Positions 13,615 through 27,697 of a stretch of DNA of 64,000 bases are shown here, piece by piece (the stretch's first letter is position 1; each line of letters begins with the position of its first letter). The position numbers and the translations under genes were made by a program. The notes under the pieces were generated by a model. That model was not told the origin of the DNA and searched no databases. It was given only the letters and a program-made list of their open reading frames with translations. This DNA comes from Octopus bimaculoides (lineage: Eukaryota): positions 34,366,108-34,430,107 of the forward strand of contig NC_068992.1 of assembly GCF_001194135.2 (NCBI RefSeq), in the 5' to 3' direction.

Positions 13615-14306
13615 TGATATGGTTGTCTTGGAGAAAAGGTGGAGATGAATGGCTTGTGAAAGCAGTACAGGCCATGTACAAGGGTGCTATTAGAAAGTTA
13701 AAAGTTAGCTATGCATACAGTGATGAATTTAGTGTATTGGTAGGTGTTCACCAAGGCTTGGTCCTCAGCCTCCTCTTATTCATCATTGTCTTCTAGACCA
13801 TGACAGAGGAATTTAAGACTGGACGTCCGTGGGAACTACTATATGCTTATGATCTTACCCTCTTATCAGAATCTGTAACAGAATTAGAAAAGAAATTTCA
13901 GGTGTGGAAACAGAATCTGGAAGTCTTAAAGTTATCTTAACGAAGACCAAGGTCCTCGTAAGGAAGAAGTCAGGCAGGACCCTTCATCCTTCAGGTAAAT
14001 GGCCCTGCACAGTATGTAGACAGGGTTTGTACCCCGTGCAATCTATGGACACACAAGAACTACAGTAAAATAGGAGGAAGGTTAACAGAGAAAGTAGTGT
14101 TTGTAAGTGGCCATAAAGATTACAGATACATAGAAAACTGATTTCCTCAAATGTCCTGGAGACTATCTAGAAGTTGCAAATAATTTCTGCTACTTAGGTA
14201 ACCTAATTAGAAGTGGAGGAGGTTGTACAGAAAGAGTAATTGCTAGAATAAGATTAGGATGGAGAAAGTCTAGAAAACTTTTACTAATGTTGGCAACCAA
14301 AGGTCT

Positions 14307-14349
<43 letters not shown>

Positions 14350-14985
14350 AGTGAAAGGAAGATTGTATGATGCATGAGTACAAACAGCAATGCTACATGG
14401 TAGTGAGGCATGGGCTCTGAATGGAGAGGATATGCAATAACTAGAGAAGAATGAAGCTGGTATGCCCACTAGATGTGCAATATCAATATATATATGTAAC
14501 AGAATGCGAGTGTATGGAGAGAAAAGTTAGGCATAATAGGAAATATATGCAGTGCGCAAGAGAGGAGACTGCACTGATGTGCAGAGAAGAGGACAGTTGC
14601 ATAAAGAAGTGCTGATCACTTAAAGTGGAGGGAACTTGTGGAAAAGGGTGACCCAGAAAGATATGGGCTAAAATATTGAAGGCTGATCTCAAAATGCTGA
14701 GCTATATGAAGGAGAGGACAGAGGACTGAGACATGTGGTGCATTGCTGCAGTTATGAAGACCTAACTACCACAACAGAATTGATATCCTAAAACGAAGGT
14801 GCCACATAAAAAGCACCCAGTACACTCTGTACATTGTTTGGTGTTGGGAAGGGAATTCAGCTCTAGAAGCCATGCCAAACAGATCACGGAGTGTGGTGCA
14901 GCCCCAGGCCTTGCCAGTTCCTATCAAATCATCCAAGACATGCCAGCATGGAAAACAGCTGTTAAATGATGATGATGATGATGAT
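13615..14985 (+). mobile_element. 5'-truncated RTE-clade LINE (RT domain to (GAT)n tail), degenerate
   Basis: ORF 13569-13796 EWLVKAVQAMY...GVHQGLVLSLLLFII; ELLYAYDL (YADD-like); WPCTVC zinc-finger remnant; 3' tail gttaaatgatgatgat; (CT)n inserted at 14308-14346. Confidence 0.85.
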
Positions 14986-15000
14986 GTTAAATATAGGTGT

Positions 15001-15160
15001 GCATGTGTGTGTGTGTGTGTGCGTGTGTGTGTGTGTGTGCGTGTGTGCTTGCGTGTGTGTGTGTGTGCATGTGTGTGCAGAGAGTAGATAAATCGATGAC
15101 AGCTAAATACTCAAAGTGGTTCAAGAAAATATGCATGCACAAACACACACTCACATACAC

Positions 15161-15236
<76 letters not shown>
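15001..15236. repeat. (GT)n (15001-15076) and (CA)n (15162-15236) microsatellites
   Basis: Direct inspection. Confidence 0.9.
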
Positions 15237-15238
<2 letters not shown>

Positions 15239-16689
15239 GAGACTGAATCTTGTGTAAGATATAACAAAGAACTAAGAGAAATGCTAATAAGTTATGTTTG
15301 AGAAAGCCTATCTGACCCATGCAAGCACGCAAAATGTATGTAATGTTGATAATATCAATTAAAGGGAATATTTTGATTTTATTTGTTGAGTTAGATATTA
15401 TCAAATAAACAGAGTCAGTATTTTATTGCTACTTATTTTCTCATTCTCTCAATGACCATTAGTCCAGTTAATTTATCAATTTTGAAAATCGTGTATGTTT
15501 AATTTAATATATCTTAAAGCAAAGTCAAATCAGTGTATATTTTATCATTAAAAGATTCATTACATATTTATAGAAAGAAAGCACTATAAATATACTAAAT
15601 ATTCAGCATAACAGAAAGAAAAAGAAAACTAAAAACTATCTCCAATGTTTTTAATAAGTTAGGGTATTGATGTGTGATTAATTATTACTGCACAACTAAT
15701 TCATTGATAAGTACCTGCCATAGGCTTGTTGATACCTTTTCCCGTTTTTGTGGGACATTTAGCTTATGAAGCTAAAAAGAATTAGAAGGAAGCAGAAATA
15801 TTACTGCATGTAATTGATTAGCATATATACAAGGAATACACACACATACACACACACACACACAAAAAAAACGACACATCACATATTTAGGAGAAGGCTT
15901 ATCAAAAAAAAAAAAAATACTATCTCCAAATTTGAAGCCACAACTATCAGCCTGGTTAAATTGGTTTATCTTCAGATAAATTAACTGAGGGAGCCTTTCA
16001 TTCAAAATCTTAGTAATTTTTGACTGAAACTTGACATAACCATGCAGAGAGTTACTACAAACAACATGACCAAACACAACAACATCAACAACACAACTGA
16101 GGAACAGAATGAAAACAACAATATAACAGTTCAACAGGTTCTTTGTAGCTGTAGTTATAGAAGAAACTGTAACTACAAAACACATTCCTTCAAGTTATGA
16201 AAGAAAACGTACAAATCTGCTCATGCACTGACTCCAAATACTGCACATATAAACACAAACATGCAAAAATACCATTGATGTTGTTGAAATTCCAATGGAA
16301 TGAGCCTTGGATCTAGGTTAGAAGCCAACTCTTTCTCTATTGGCAAGAAATCTTGAAATAAACTGAATAATGACATAACATGCATGCATGTCATGTCATT
16401 ATTCAGTTTTATTTATGTATACTTGCATGCATACATATGTATATGCATACATACATGCATACATACATACATACATACATACATACATACATACATTAGC
16501 ATGACACATTGAGCAGGTGTTCTCGGTCCAAATCTCATGTTTCATAAGTGAAATCTGTTAGATAGGAACTTTGCAAGCCTGCATAGAAGACCAATATTAA
16601 ACAATGATGATGATGATGATGCCATGTGTACAAATAAGTATATATGTGTGAATAATAATTTCAATTGAGAAAGATATCAGAAAAGGAAA

Positions 16690-17440
16690 CAACATCTCTC
16701 CATAGAAACGGTCATTAGAGACATCGACTGGACATGTGGCATGAACATCAACAACAAGCTACTAACATAACCCCAGTTCACAGATGACAAGACTCACCAT
16801 TGTGATAACAGATTGGTTGCAGACAGAGCTGGACAACTATAAGTGAGCAGTAGGCCTTAAAGTAAACAGCATGAAAACAAAATACATGCAATGTGAAAAT
16901 GTAGCACAAGGCAGAATAGGAGTGAGGAGTGATAAACTGAGGAGGTAAAGGAGTATGTCTGCACACAGTGAACATGCACTAAGGCATGAATGCTGAAATC
17001 TTGACGGGAATAAGGGCAGGATAAAAGGCATTTGCCCCAGTAGAGTATGTGCTGAAAGCAAACCTACCCAAGACCACATGTATCAGGCTCTTCAATGGCT
17101 CTATCGTACCTGTGCTCTGATTTGCAAATGAGATGTGAGATACTATGAAGAAGAAGAACATTGATTGTCTATAATGCAAAGGGTCACAGAAAGAACCATG
17201 CAAGGAATATCATTGTGAAAGCATGTCCAAAATGTGATAATTTTAAAATGATATGAGTACAGAGTATCAAAAGTACAAGTCCCACTGAGCCATATGCAAG
17301 TTGCAAGTTCACAAGAGAATAGGTAGACCAATTCAGTTGCAAAGTGGCGTCCAAGAAATTGGAAAAACTACTTGGAAGGTCCCCATGATGTTGGGAAAGC
17401 AACTTAATTAAATGATTTGGGCCAAGATGGAAAAGCATGA
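16690..17440 (+). mobile_element. Old RTE-1/BovB-like LINE RT C-terminal remnant
   Basis: Translation with stops: IDWTCGMNINNKLLT*PQFTDD (LRFADD-like), IRAG*KAF..VLKANLPK..RLFNGSIVPVL, QRVTERTMQGISL, WRPRNWK..GR. Confidence 0.6.
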
Positions 17441-17469
17441 TGCAATGAAGAAAGAATATAAAGCACATT

Positions 17470-17712
17470 GGATGGATGGATGGATGGATGGATGCACAGA
17501 TGGATGTGTAGGTGGAGAGGTAGGTAAGTAGATAAGTAGGTAAGGAGGTAGATAAGCAGGTAGGTAGATAAGTAGGCAGGTGGGTTGGTGGACAGATGGA
17601 CAGACAGGCAGACAGATAGACAGATAGTTAGATAGATAGATAGATTGATAGATAGATAAATAGGTAGGTAAACAGACAGACAGACAGATAGCTAGATAGA
17701 CAGATAGATAGA
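17470..17712. repeat. Compound tetranucleotide array (GATG/GGTA/GACA/GATA)
   Basis: Direct inspection. Confidence 0.9.
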
Positions 17713-17850
17713 CACATTGACAGGCAGATGCATAACACATATGTCTAGAAGTATACAAGTACCCCACTGATTATCTGGCAACTGATTGTTTGGTACCTCC
17801 TTTAATATATGGATAAATTGTGAGGGGAAACTTGAAATTCACATGGCTGT

Positions 17851-18754
17851 CAGTGTAGATCACTGCTGGCCCCCAGGTGGCATTGTGTGTACTATGTGTT
17901 TACATGCATTAATTGCCCAAGTTTTCAGAGAGAATTCTGAAAATTTATTTTAAAGTTATCCTTAGCTATGGCTACTACAGGTAAGAAATCTGTGAATGTT
18001 AGAGGCAGTTTCAAATGTAAACACTGCTACCAACACAAACATGACAACAGCCACCACCATCACCAGCATGATGGTGTGTTGTAGAATGTGATTTTAACTC
18101 ATGTAGTTCTTGGTCCCTCATAACTCCATATTTATTTCTCAGTCCCTCATATCTCTATATTTATTTCTTGATCTTTCTTTTACATGGGCTCCTTCTTACT
18201 TGGAAAGCTTGACACTTTCTAAGGCAAATGTCATCCCTCCTTCATATTTCTCCAGTCTAACTCAAACATTTCTGCTGCATCACATATGATACTTCAAATG
18301 TCCAATGTTTACTCTCAGCTCATTATTGTGTTCTGTCATTCAATTACACTAACTTTATACAACTAGCATTATGTTGCCTCGTTTCTTTCTAGCCTTTCAC
18401 ATTCAATAGCCATCTTATTCTAGTCTGGCACTTATGCTTTCAGAACATCCCTCTCCCTTCTACAGCTAGATATACCACCTTAGTAACAGCAGCCATCAGC
18501 TGCTAGGAAATATGAATGTTTGAAGCAATTAATTTCATGGTGCTCTTACTGCTGACTACTCAAGTACAGTCGTTTTGAGACATTGTGGTGAGGCAGTTAT
18601 AACTAACATTCACAGATTTCTTACCTATAGTAGCCATAGCTAAGGATAACTTTAAAATAAATTTCCAGAATTCTCTCTGAAAACTTGGGCAATTTATGCA
18701 TATAAACACATAGTACACACAATGCCACCTGGAGGCCAGCAGTGATCTACACTG
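17851..18754. mobile_element. Non-autonomous DNA transposon-like element with ~152-bp terminal inverted repeats
   Basis: 17851-18002 (CAGTGTAGATCACTGCTGGC...GAATGTTAG) is the near-perfect reverse complement of 18603-18754; CAGTG...CACTG termini; non-coding ~600-bp interior. Confidence 0.75.
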
Positions 18755-19158
18755 GAGGCGCAGGAGTGGCTGTGTGGTAAGTAGTTTGCTTACCAACCAC
18801 ATGGTTCTGGGTTCATTCCCACTGTGTGGCATCTTGGGCAAGTGTCTTCTACTATAGCTTCGGGCCAACCAAAGCCTTGTGAGTGGATTTGGTAGACGGA
18901 AACTGAAAGAAGTCTGTCGTATATATGTATATATATATATGTATGTGTGTGTGTGTGTTTGTGTGTCTGTCCCCACAACATCGCTTGACAACCAATGCTG
19001 GTGTGTTTACATCCCCGTAACTTAGCGGTTCGGCAAAAGAGACCGATAGAATAAGTACTAAGCTTACAAAGAATAAGTCCTGGGGTCGATTTGCTCAACT
19101 AAAGGCAGTGCTCCAGCATGACCGCAGTCAATTGACTGAAACAAGTAAAAGATAAAAG
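18755..19158 (+). mobile_element. Full-length tRNA-derived SINE with internal (TA)/(TG) microsatellite
   Basis: Pol III A-box-like TGGCTGTGTGG (18767-18777), B-box-like GGTTCATTCCC (18810-18820); body and 3' end recur many times in the window. Confidence 0.85.
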
Positions 19159-19424
19159 AGTATCATAATTTTTGAATATCATTACAATACTTCTAATAAG
19201 TTGACCTACCAATTTTTTTTTATTCTAGATTAAAGGAGATAACTGTAACAGTACTTTGAACACACCCTACTAAACACTGCTTGTCACAGATGACTAGTTT
19301 GCAGAATATAGTTGGGATGTGAGGAAGCTTGCTATGCAATAAAGCTTTGGGCTGAACAGAGCAAAGATGCTTCAGGAACATATGAAATACTCCAGACTGC
19401 TTTTTGATTAAGTTTGCTTTCAGC

Positions 19425-19672
19425 ACAAGAGGGTCAAGAATGGTAAAGAAGAGGTAGAAATGATGAGAGATATAGGAGGGAGAGGGACATTAAAACATCA
19501 GAGCTGGTTGAGAAAATTCGCTATTTTCTAGATGAAGACCATAGTGTGTCTATAAAGACAAAAAGCATACAGTCTGGAGTTGATGTGGCAACTGTACACA
19601 GAATTATTCATGAAGATCTAAACACGCACAAAATTTTTGCAAAGTTTGTTCTTAGGGTGCTCAGTGATGAGC
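19425..19672 (+). mobile_element. Mariner transposase N-terminal (HTH) fragment
   Basis: Translation ~GKEEVEMMRD..ELVEKIRYFLDEDHSVSIK..GVDVATVHRIIHEDLNTHKIFAKFVLRVLSDE, matching the mariner R..I.EDL...K..AK.VP..L (WVPHEL-type) region. Confidence 0.7.
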
Positions 19673-21089
19673 ATTTGAAGTTCATAAATCTTTGAAGTTA
19701 ATAAATGTTAACAAATGTTAATGAACGTCTGGGATGCATCTTGACCCCTCTTCTCTAACTTGTTATCCTACTACACCTCTTCTGCATCCATAATGTATAC
19801 TGGGTATAGAATTTAAAATCCTACATACGTTTTTCTTTTTGCATATCATATGGTAGCAGAGTCCTATAATCTTTCCTGCTAACCAAAATGTTTGTCCTTG
19901 CTCATATTACTTCAAGTCTTCTACATTTTAGGATTTGCTTTCACTTGAATTTCTTCTCTTAATCTTGATCATCAAAATAGAGAAGTTCCCATAGGCAGCC
20001 AATCTTTAAAATCTCAGTCATAAAATGTTTGGTCTGAGAACTGAGCTTTGTTGGATACCTACATGCATGTTAAATTCCTTAGCAAATTTGTGCTAAACAT
20101 TCAGATTACAGACAGCATTTCTATATATTACTAGTATAGCTGTCTCTAGCAAATTATTTACACCCACATTTCATTGAGACCGCCAGATTGCATATCATGA
20201 TAATCTGTTCTTGAGTAGCATTCCTTAACTTCTCCAAATCAAGAAATTCTAGTCAAAGTAATTTTTCTTTTTTCTAAGAACTTCTGTTGAGGCTTCACTA
20301 GGAAGAGATCATCAGTGGATCTTGTTTACACACAAACAAGAACAACATAATTACATATACAATGATGGGTTGTACCTAATTTTGGTGCCTTTTTACAGCA
20401 AAGTAGAGGAACCCTTTGGCTAGTATTACAATCATGAAAAGATTCAGTGAGTTGTTTCCATTAAGAAATTATTGCCAGAATCATTTCTATTTGGCATTTT
20501 TGATGCAGTAAAAAATATTTGAAACGTAGCAATTTAATATTTTTTTCCCTTTTTAAAATTGAATAGTCTGATCTAAAAAAAAACAAAAAAAAAACAGAGA
20601 CCTCTAAAATAAATAATAAAATAGAAATTATTAAAAAATCTGCAATTCAACTAAGTAAAAAAAGAACAATAAATGAATTTTGTTTCTAGAATATTTTCTT
20701 TTTGTTTCTAATTTAGAACATAATCAGAGCTGAAGATCTGCCAAAACTTTTTCTTTTTCAAATCATCAATTACTGAGTTATGATCAGACTTGTGTCAGTC
20801 TTGATATATTGCATATAACTTATTTTAAATAAATAAATATAGAAATGAATACATTATTAATTGGTCTAAAGATGCATACTGTTTTAGTTTGCAACTTTCG
20901 AACTGAATTTGAATCAAGTAAAGCAATTTCAGTTTCTTGAAAGAGTTAAGCAGTAAAAGTATAGTGTATGTAAGTGTATGTATATAGTTCAGAAATCTGC
21001 TACATAAATGAGAGTGTATGTAAGTGTGTATATCACCAAAAGGATCTGAAATTGTGTATCATCAAGAAAAATGGATTTGATTTTCAAAA

Positions 21090-21570
21090 TTTGCATCCCA
21101 AGAAGATTTAGACCTACCAACACTACACAACCTCATTCAATTAGTTGTGAAAAATATGATTGAAGCTGTCCTTACAACAGGATGTGATAAAGGAGAGGAT
21201 CCCCCAAATTCCTCTTATCCCTCTGATGTGCCATTTCAGTTCCAAAGACTTCAACTTCCAGTGAGTCTTAAAGGGCGAACATTTTCAGTTGCCAGTTTAC
21301 ACCTTGAAGTGTCCCATTTTGCACATGATCAGCTTTATGTTGGACGTTCAAGGGTAGGAAGTAAGAAAAAGTTTTTCATTCATGCACCAAAAGCAAAAAA
21401 ACATTATTTATCAAGTCATTATAAATTGCCCCAAATAATGCAGAAATCCATCCTGATCAAGAGGCCTATCCATTGGGAAAGACATAGTCTGACAAAATGC
21501 AAAAAAACTTAAATAAAAGCATTCTATTGTGAAAATTACCTAGCAATGGCAGGCTACTCAGCTGTATATT
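21090..21570 (+). mobile_element. Helitron 3' fragment: PIF1-like helicase C-terminus and decayed 3' end
   Basis: ORF 21147-21512 NMIEAVLTTGCDKGED...PSDVPFQFQRLQLPVSL...HFAHDQLYVGRSRVG (cf. FKRLQFPVRL, HGQLYVA.SRV); possible decayed terminus near 21540-21567. Confidence 0.8.
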
Positions 21571-22554
21571 CTAAAATAGACTTATTCTATGAACAGGAAT
21601 ATATTGGTGAGTGAGATATTTGAGTGATAGGAGATAGGAAGGACATCTGGTTGAAAAACTGATAGAAACTATCCTGTCATCAGCACTTCATTGAGTATTG
21701 TATCTATGTCTAAAAACTATCTCAAAAATGTATTTTGGCTGTATGAAGCACATTACTGAGTTAAGATCATCTCAGATGAAAATTTCTCTTTAGGTGCCCA
21801 ATTAGTATTTCCTCTAAAGGAATATTTTAACTGTGCATTTGTTTATTACTTAACAATACAGAATAATAACTGAATGGTAATTCTCTGGAGATTAACATAG
21901 AATTAACTGGCATAGCTGGTGAGGCTAAGATCCACTCTAAACCATATTTGAGGTTGTTCAACAAACCAAAAGTTCTATGAGATATTTCATGAAAATTAAA
22001 AGGGCAGAATAAGTCTTAAGATTTAAAGGATTAACGTTCAATTAATCTAATCAACAATCATTAGTTGGTAATGCTTCTCAGAAAATGACTTAGAGGGGCT
22101 TTGTCAGACTAATTTGTCCAACATGCACAGGAAAGCAGTGTCAGTGAGTGCTTCTATCATTCCTATGAGATTTGTACACAAAATTTGACATGATAATGTG
22201 AAGCTCGTTGGTCATTTCATCTTATCTGCTGGTAATGAAATGTTTATACATAACTATAATACAATATCATTATAGAGCAGGTAATATTCCTCATTTACTG
22301 GCTATTTGTTGTAATAGCCTTATCACTCAATGATCATTTACTGTAACACATCAATTACATTCTTTCATTCCTTTGTTCTTTTGCTGGCCTCAGCTATAGG
22401 ATTATAACTACACTACAGCTCTATTTGACCCTTGTACTACTTTATTAGGTAGTTATTTTAATGAGTTCTCTTCAACAAATTTTTCATTTCATACCATGTG
22501 CTTATACCATTATACACACACACACACATATATATATACATATGTGAAACAAGC

Positions 22555-22700
22555 ATCTGCAAAGTTTGTTTCCCAAATTCTATTCACAAAGCGTAGGTCA
22601 ACCAAAGGCTGCTGTAGAGGACTAAGGTAACAAACAGTGGTATTGAACACAAACTACTTGATTATGCAATGGATTTCTTTATCACATAGGCATGTCTAAA
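22555..22700 (-). mobile_element. SINE 5' half, degenerate
   Basis: Reverse-complement similarity to 18770-18910. Confidence 0.5.
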
Positions 22701-23477
22701 TCTATTGGTTTAATATTTTTTCAATTTCAACATATTCTTTTGCCTGTCATGCTGTATATTGCAGTGTGTCTATGCCCAAATAATACTTGTGTTGCTAATC
22801 CTTGGAGAATTAGGAAATTTGGTTTATTTTTACAACTTGCTTGACAACTTTGGAATTTGTAAGCCATATATCAGTTTTAGAAGATTTAAATATGAGGTAT
22901 TAAACTCTATAAAGTGTTACATCAAACATCTTTCATAACAATGGTATTTATATACTAAAGGGCAGAAATACGAAAATCAAAGATAATGAAGGTGAAATTT
23001 GAACAGCTAAACTATTACCTCAAACATAGTTACTAGTTGGGTTAACTTTTATACTGACCTTCTGTCCAAAGATAATCATGCAATAATCTAATCAAGTCTT
23101 AAACTACTGCACTGTGAATATAATGTCTCCTCATTATTTTAATATCTGCTATTTTTTAAATTATTGCTGCAACGTGTCATTCATTCCATTCAGTTAATCA
23201 TGTTTCTTTAAAGATTTAAATGCATTTTTCTCATTTCCTAAGCTCTTCTTTGCAAAACACTATGCTAAATCAAAAACTAACGTCTTATACATTGGTGTTT
23301 CATGAAATGAAGTAGAAATTATAAGCTTTGGTGCATATCTACTTCATTGAAAGGCTACACACAGTGCTTCATCATATGAACACTTCTATATAGTTAGTCA
23401 TTCTGCTAGAAATGAATAACCAAATCTCCCACAATAAACACTATGCTATCTTACAAAAAGGACAGGTAGTTGGGTTT

Positions 23478-23623
23478 TTGGTGTAAAAAGATATCCTACT
23501 ATATATACTGAGTTCCTCCAGGCATATTATACTCACTTGTAGTATGTGGGTATACACACTACAAGTAAATACAAAATACCAAGAGGAACTCAGTATACGT
23601 AGCACTATATCTTTTTACACCAA
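23478..23623. repeat. Imperfect 146-bp palindrome (MITE-like foldback)
   Basis: ttggtgtaaaaagata..tatactgagttcctc..acttgtagt / actacaagt..gaggaactcagtata..tatctttttacaccaa. Confidence 0.75.
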
Positions 23624-23924
23624 GCACCTGAGGTGACACAGACTGCCCTGATTGATGCAACACATCTAGATGCACAACATCTACTCATAAGGGACAGCTG
23701 CAGCATGGTTCGAAACAACTATTGTATTGAATAAAGATTCGTACAAAATCCATTTTCCATTTCCCTCATCAATTATAAACTAAATGATTACTGCAAAATT
23801 CCTGTTGTAGATCTAGTGAAAATTATACTGTAACTGTGGATGACATCAAATAGCCCAAATGGTGAATGTGTTTTAATTGGCATACTAATAGACATATACC
23901 CAAAGTCCAAATAATTACTTCTGC

Positions 23925-24190
23925 GTGTGTGTGTGTGTGTGTGCTTCTATGTGTCTTTATGTCTGTTTGTTCCCTACGACTGCTTGACAACTGGTGGTGC
24001 TGTGTTTATGTCCCTGTAATTTAATGGTACAGCAAAAAAGACTAATAGAATAAGTACCAGGCTTAACAAAAAAAAAAAAAAAAAAAAATAGTGGAGTTGA
24101 TTCCTTTGACTAAAAAAAATTGTTCAAGGCAGTGCCCCCTCATGGCCACAGTCTAATGGCTGAAACAAGTAAAAGATAGAAGATAAAAGA
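23925..24190 (+). mobile_element. SINE 3' half
   Basis: Matches 18950-19158. Confidence 0.75.
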
Positions 24191-25839
24191 GATATTCTAA
24201 CTCATTTCAGTAATTTTTCTTTTTAAGACAATTTGAAAGACACATGCATATGCATACTTAAATATACACATAAATGTTTGTAGGTATGCACAAACACACA
24301 TATACACATACACACTCATACATATTTAACTGTTGCAAAAATCCATAAGTCTGCTGAAATTATGTTTTATATCACTCTATAACTGATAAAAGCAATATTT
24401 GTAACATACTGAGATTAATTCAATCAATAAACTTACTGCTTATTAAGATATGATTTCTAATCAATTAAAATAAATTGATATATAAGAAAAGAAACATGGA
24501 CACTATTTTATTATTGTTGTTATTTTAGCCTTAAACCTAAAACCAGTGTATACTTTCAGAATAACCTACTTGATATTTGACCACATAGTCATAAGCTGCC
24601 TTGATGAGGAACCTTTTACTCAGCTTCTCATGATTAGCTCAATTAATAACTGATTCCATTGCTACTTCTTAGCTAATATTTGAAAAGTTATCCAGTTCTA
24701 AAAAGAACTACATATTTATGAAGACCTATATGTAAATTTACAAAGACATAACAAAACAAAAAAATGAATTCTACACTTGCAGACAGGAAAATATAGATGT
24801 TAAAAATATATATAAATAATTTAATATCAAGCACATGAAACAATGTACAATCTTCTGGTAAAATGATATTTAAAAAAAAAAAACTGATTTTTCTAAAATA
24901 TTTATATATGTAGGTGTAGAATGTATTTTTTATGTCAAAAATGGAGTTGAAATAATTCAAGATTCACCTTAGTTTAGATTTTATTGAAATGTGCATGATA
25001 CTGTAAATCTTTGGCAATCAATATGAAACTTGTCAAAAATAATGTTTCTTTATGTGGATTGTTATATGAAAAATTTTAAGTATTAACATGAGGAACTCTG
25101 TTACTATTATTACAACATCACACAAAAGTGTTACAATATCTTAACTTGCATGCAGAACCAAATGGAAACTAAATTTCTACTCACCAACAAGAGGCTACGT
25201 GGAAGATACTTAAATAGGTTAGAATACTTGTTTATATTTCTTATGCATTTAAGTGATTTTTCTTTTTATGATACTTAATTTGAAAAACACATAAATATAC
25301 AGATAAATATTTATATACATGCACAAACACATATATACAGATGCACATTCTTACATATTTAACTCTGTGTTTCTTTCAATTACTTTAAATATAACAAAGA
25401 ATTTAGTAAAATAACTTAGTTATCATACAGCTAGTGTTAGGAGCATAAATTGTGACTAAAGTTTGGTGGAAGATTTTAATTCAAAACTTATGAAAACAAG
25501 ACATTTGTACTCAGAGCCAGAGCTGGTTTCATCCAGGCTGGTAACAAAAGGGTTAAGGACCAGATTATGTCTCCATGTATATCTATTCAATGCTAGTGAA
25601 CATTTGGAAAGAATGTTTCAGTATTCTGACCTATTTGCGTTTGCATATATCATTCTGCATTTGCATTTGCATACATCATTCTCTGAGACATTTTGTCATA
25701 CTAGATTTGCAGGTGATTGCAAGATATCATAGGATGAACAAATCAGAAAACTTAACTGAGATGTGGTCCACCTCCATATCCCATTCCAACTGATTTTTCT
25801 CTCAACACACTTCTTCCATCTTGTCATCTATGCTTTTAG

Positions 25840-26520
25840 TAATTTGGAGTTGAATTTTATTTCTGTTTGTAGATGCCATAATTGAACCCAAATTAGGCGT
25901 GGTAGAGTAAGATAATTTTATAGAGTGTTTATTAGATATAGGGTAGTATTTATGGTGCTTGGGGAAATTTAGTTTAAGAATTTTGAAGAACTGTTTTGGT
26001 AGATTTTTGTCTCTGAGAGAAAATGGCAGAGGGAAATTTTAAGGCATGATTATAAATTGGTGCACATGCATTTAAAATCTCCTCATTTGCTGATAAGTTG
26101 GATATTCTAATGGATATTCTAATACTATCGATGGTTAATTGCGGATGATTAGAAGAGATGTTTATATATTGTAATATTTGGTTTGGTTTGATTTGCTGTA
26201 TGAATAATATAATTAATGTTTAAATTAAGTGTGACATCTAAAAAGTTGGCGATTTTTGTGTCAGTTTCAAATACAATATTGAGATTAAAGAAATTCAAAA
26301 GAAATTTTCTTAATGACTTCTTAATTTGCTCAGTCTACGGTTTCGATAAACCATTTACTACCAAGTGTACATCGTCCCTAGAGAGCCCACCAGAAATGTT
26401 TGGAGAACTTTTCTTGATTTGAGACAGGAGATACAGACCCACAAGGTCTGTCAGCTGGGCTGAAACTGACGAAGACATAGTGATATTAAAGTAGTTCGTC
26501 GAGTCACTTCTAATCCAATT
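25840..26520 (-). mobile_element. Penelope-like element (Naiad-like) RT C-terminal half, degenerate
   Basis: Minus strand: GGLSRDD, IANFLDVTLNL, YINISSNHP, LSANEEILNA, LNFPKHHKYY...IKLSYSTTPN. Confidence 0.8.
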
Positions 26521-27697
26521 ATGATCCTTAAAATTAAAGATTTTCTTGCTGTCAAGATAATATCAATATCAGACCAAGGGATGTTTGAAAATATTTTTTT
26601 GAATTTCTACATTTTAAATGTCAGAGATTACAAGTACGCAAAACAAGAACATTTTTTTATTTCACCCTCCCCACCCTATCCCCCACCAACAATTTAAAAT
26701 CTTGAACTTTTTCTGAAATTCTTTCTTAAAACCACCTTTTCCAAATTTCAAATGTCCACCTCAACCTCCCCATCTCCCAAATTTTTAACTTTTCAAATTT
26801 CACCTTGCCTCTTCAGTGGACCTCACGCACAGTCTCCCACCCTACTCACACAGAGAAACAGACATTTCCGATTTCTTTTCAGCAGGTTCCTATGTTTCCA
26901 ATGACAGAAATTATGAATATGCAAGAAACCACATTTTCAAAATTTTAAATTCAGTAAGCATAGAGTTATGTGCATAAAGAGATAGATGACAGATAGATAG
27001 ATAGATAGATAAATAGACAGATAGATAGATAGATAGATAGTGATGAATAAACAGATAGGTATAAATAGATAGACAGCCAAATAAATGAGTAGATGGAAAA
27101 GTTTTACAACTATCTAAGGCAAACACATAAAACGCAAATTCTTTTCACTTTAATGTTTTTGTCTATATATAATTTCAATTTGGATATGTTCATCATTTCG
27201 CTACAATCTCTTCAAAGTAAACAAAATTAAAATCTTAAATTTGGTGGGGTGAAATCTAAAAATTTNNNNNNNNNNNNNNNNNNNNNNNNNNNNNNNNNNN
27301 NNNNNNNNNNNNNNNNNNNNNNNNNNNNNNNNNNNNNNNNNNNNNNNNNNNNCATTTTTCAAAGAGAGGTGTGAAACTGCATTAGCTACATGAGTGTGTG
27401 TGTGTGCGTGTGTTTGTGCTTGTATTTATTTATCTATTTATTTATTTATGTGTTTCAGCCAAGTGGCTGCGGTTATGCTGGTGCACAGTTTCAATAAAGT
27501 GTATTTGATATATATATATAAATAATACAAATAATATGTGAGTATATGCATACATACATACATGTATGTACATACCTACATCTACATGTATATATAGATG
27601 CATATTTGGGTACAGGACGTTACAAAAAAACGTGGACAAAATGAAAAATAGAACATAAACAGAGTACAGAAAACACATAGGCCACATAGAGAACATT

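Noticed and set aside
18755-18830. tRNA gene
   Set aside because: A/B boxes are present but no cloverleaf forms and it continues into a SINE body; it is a SINE head.
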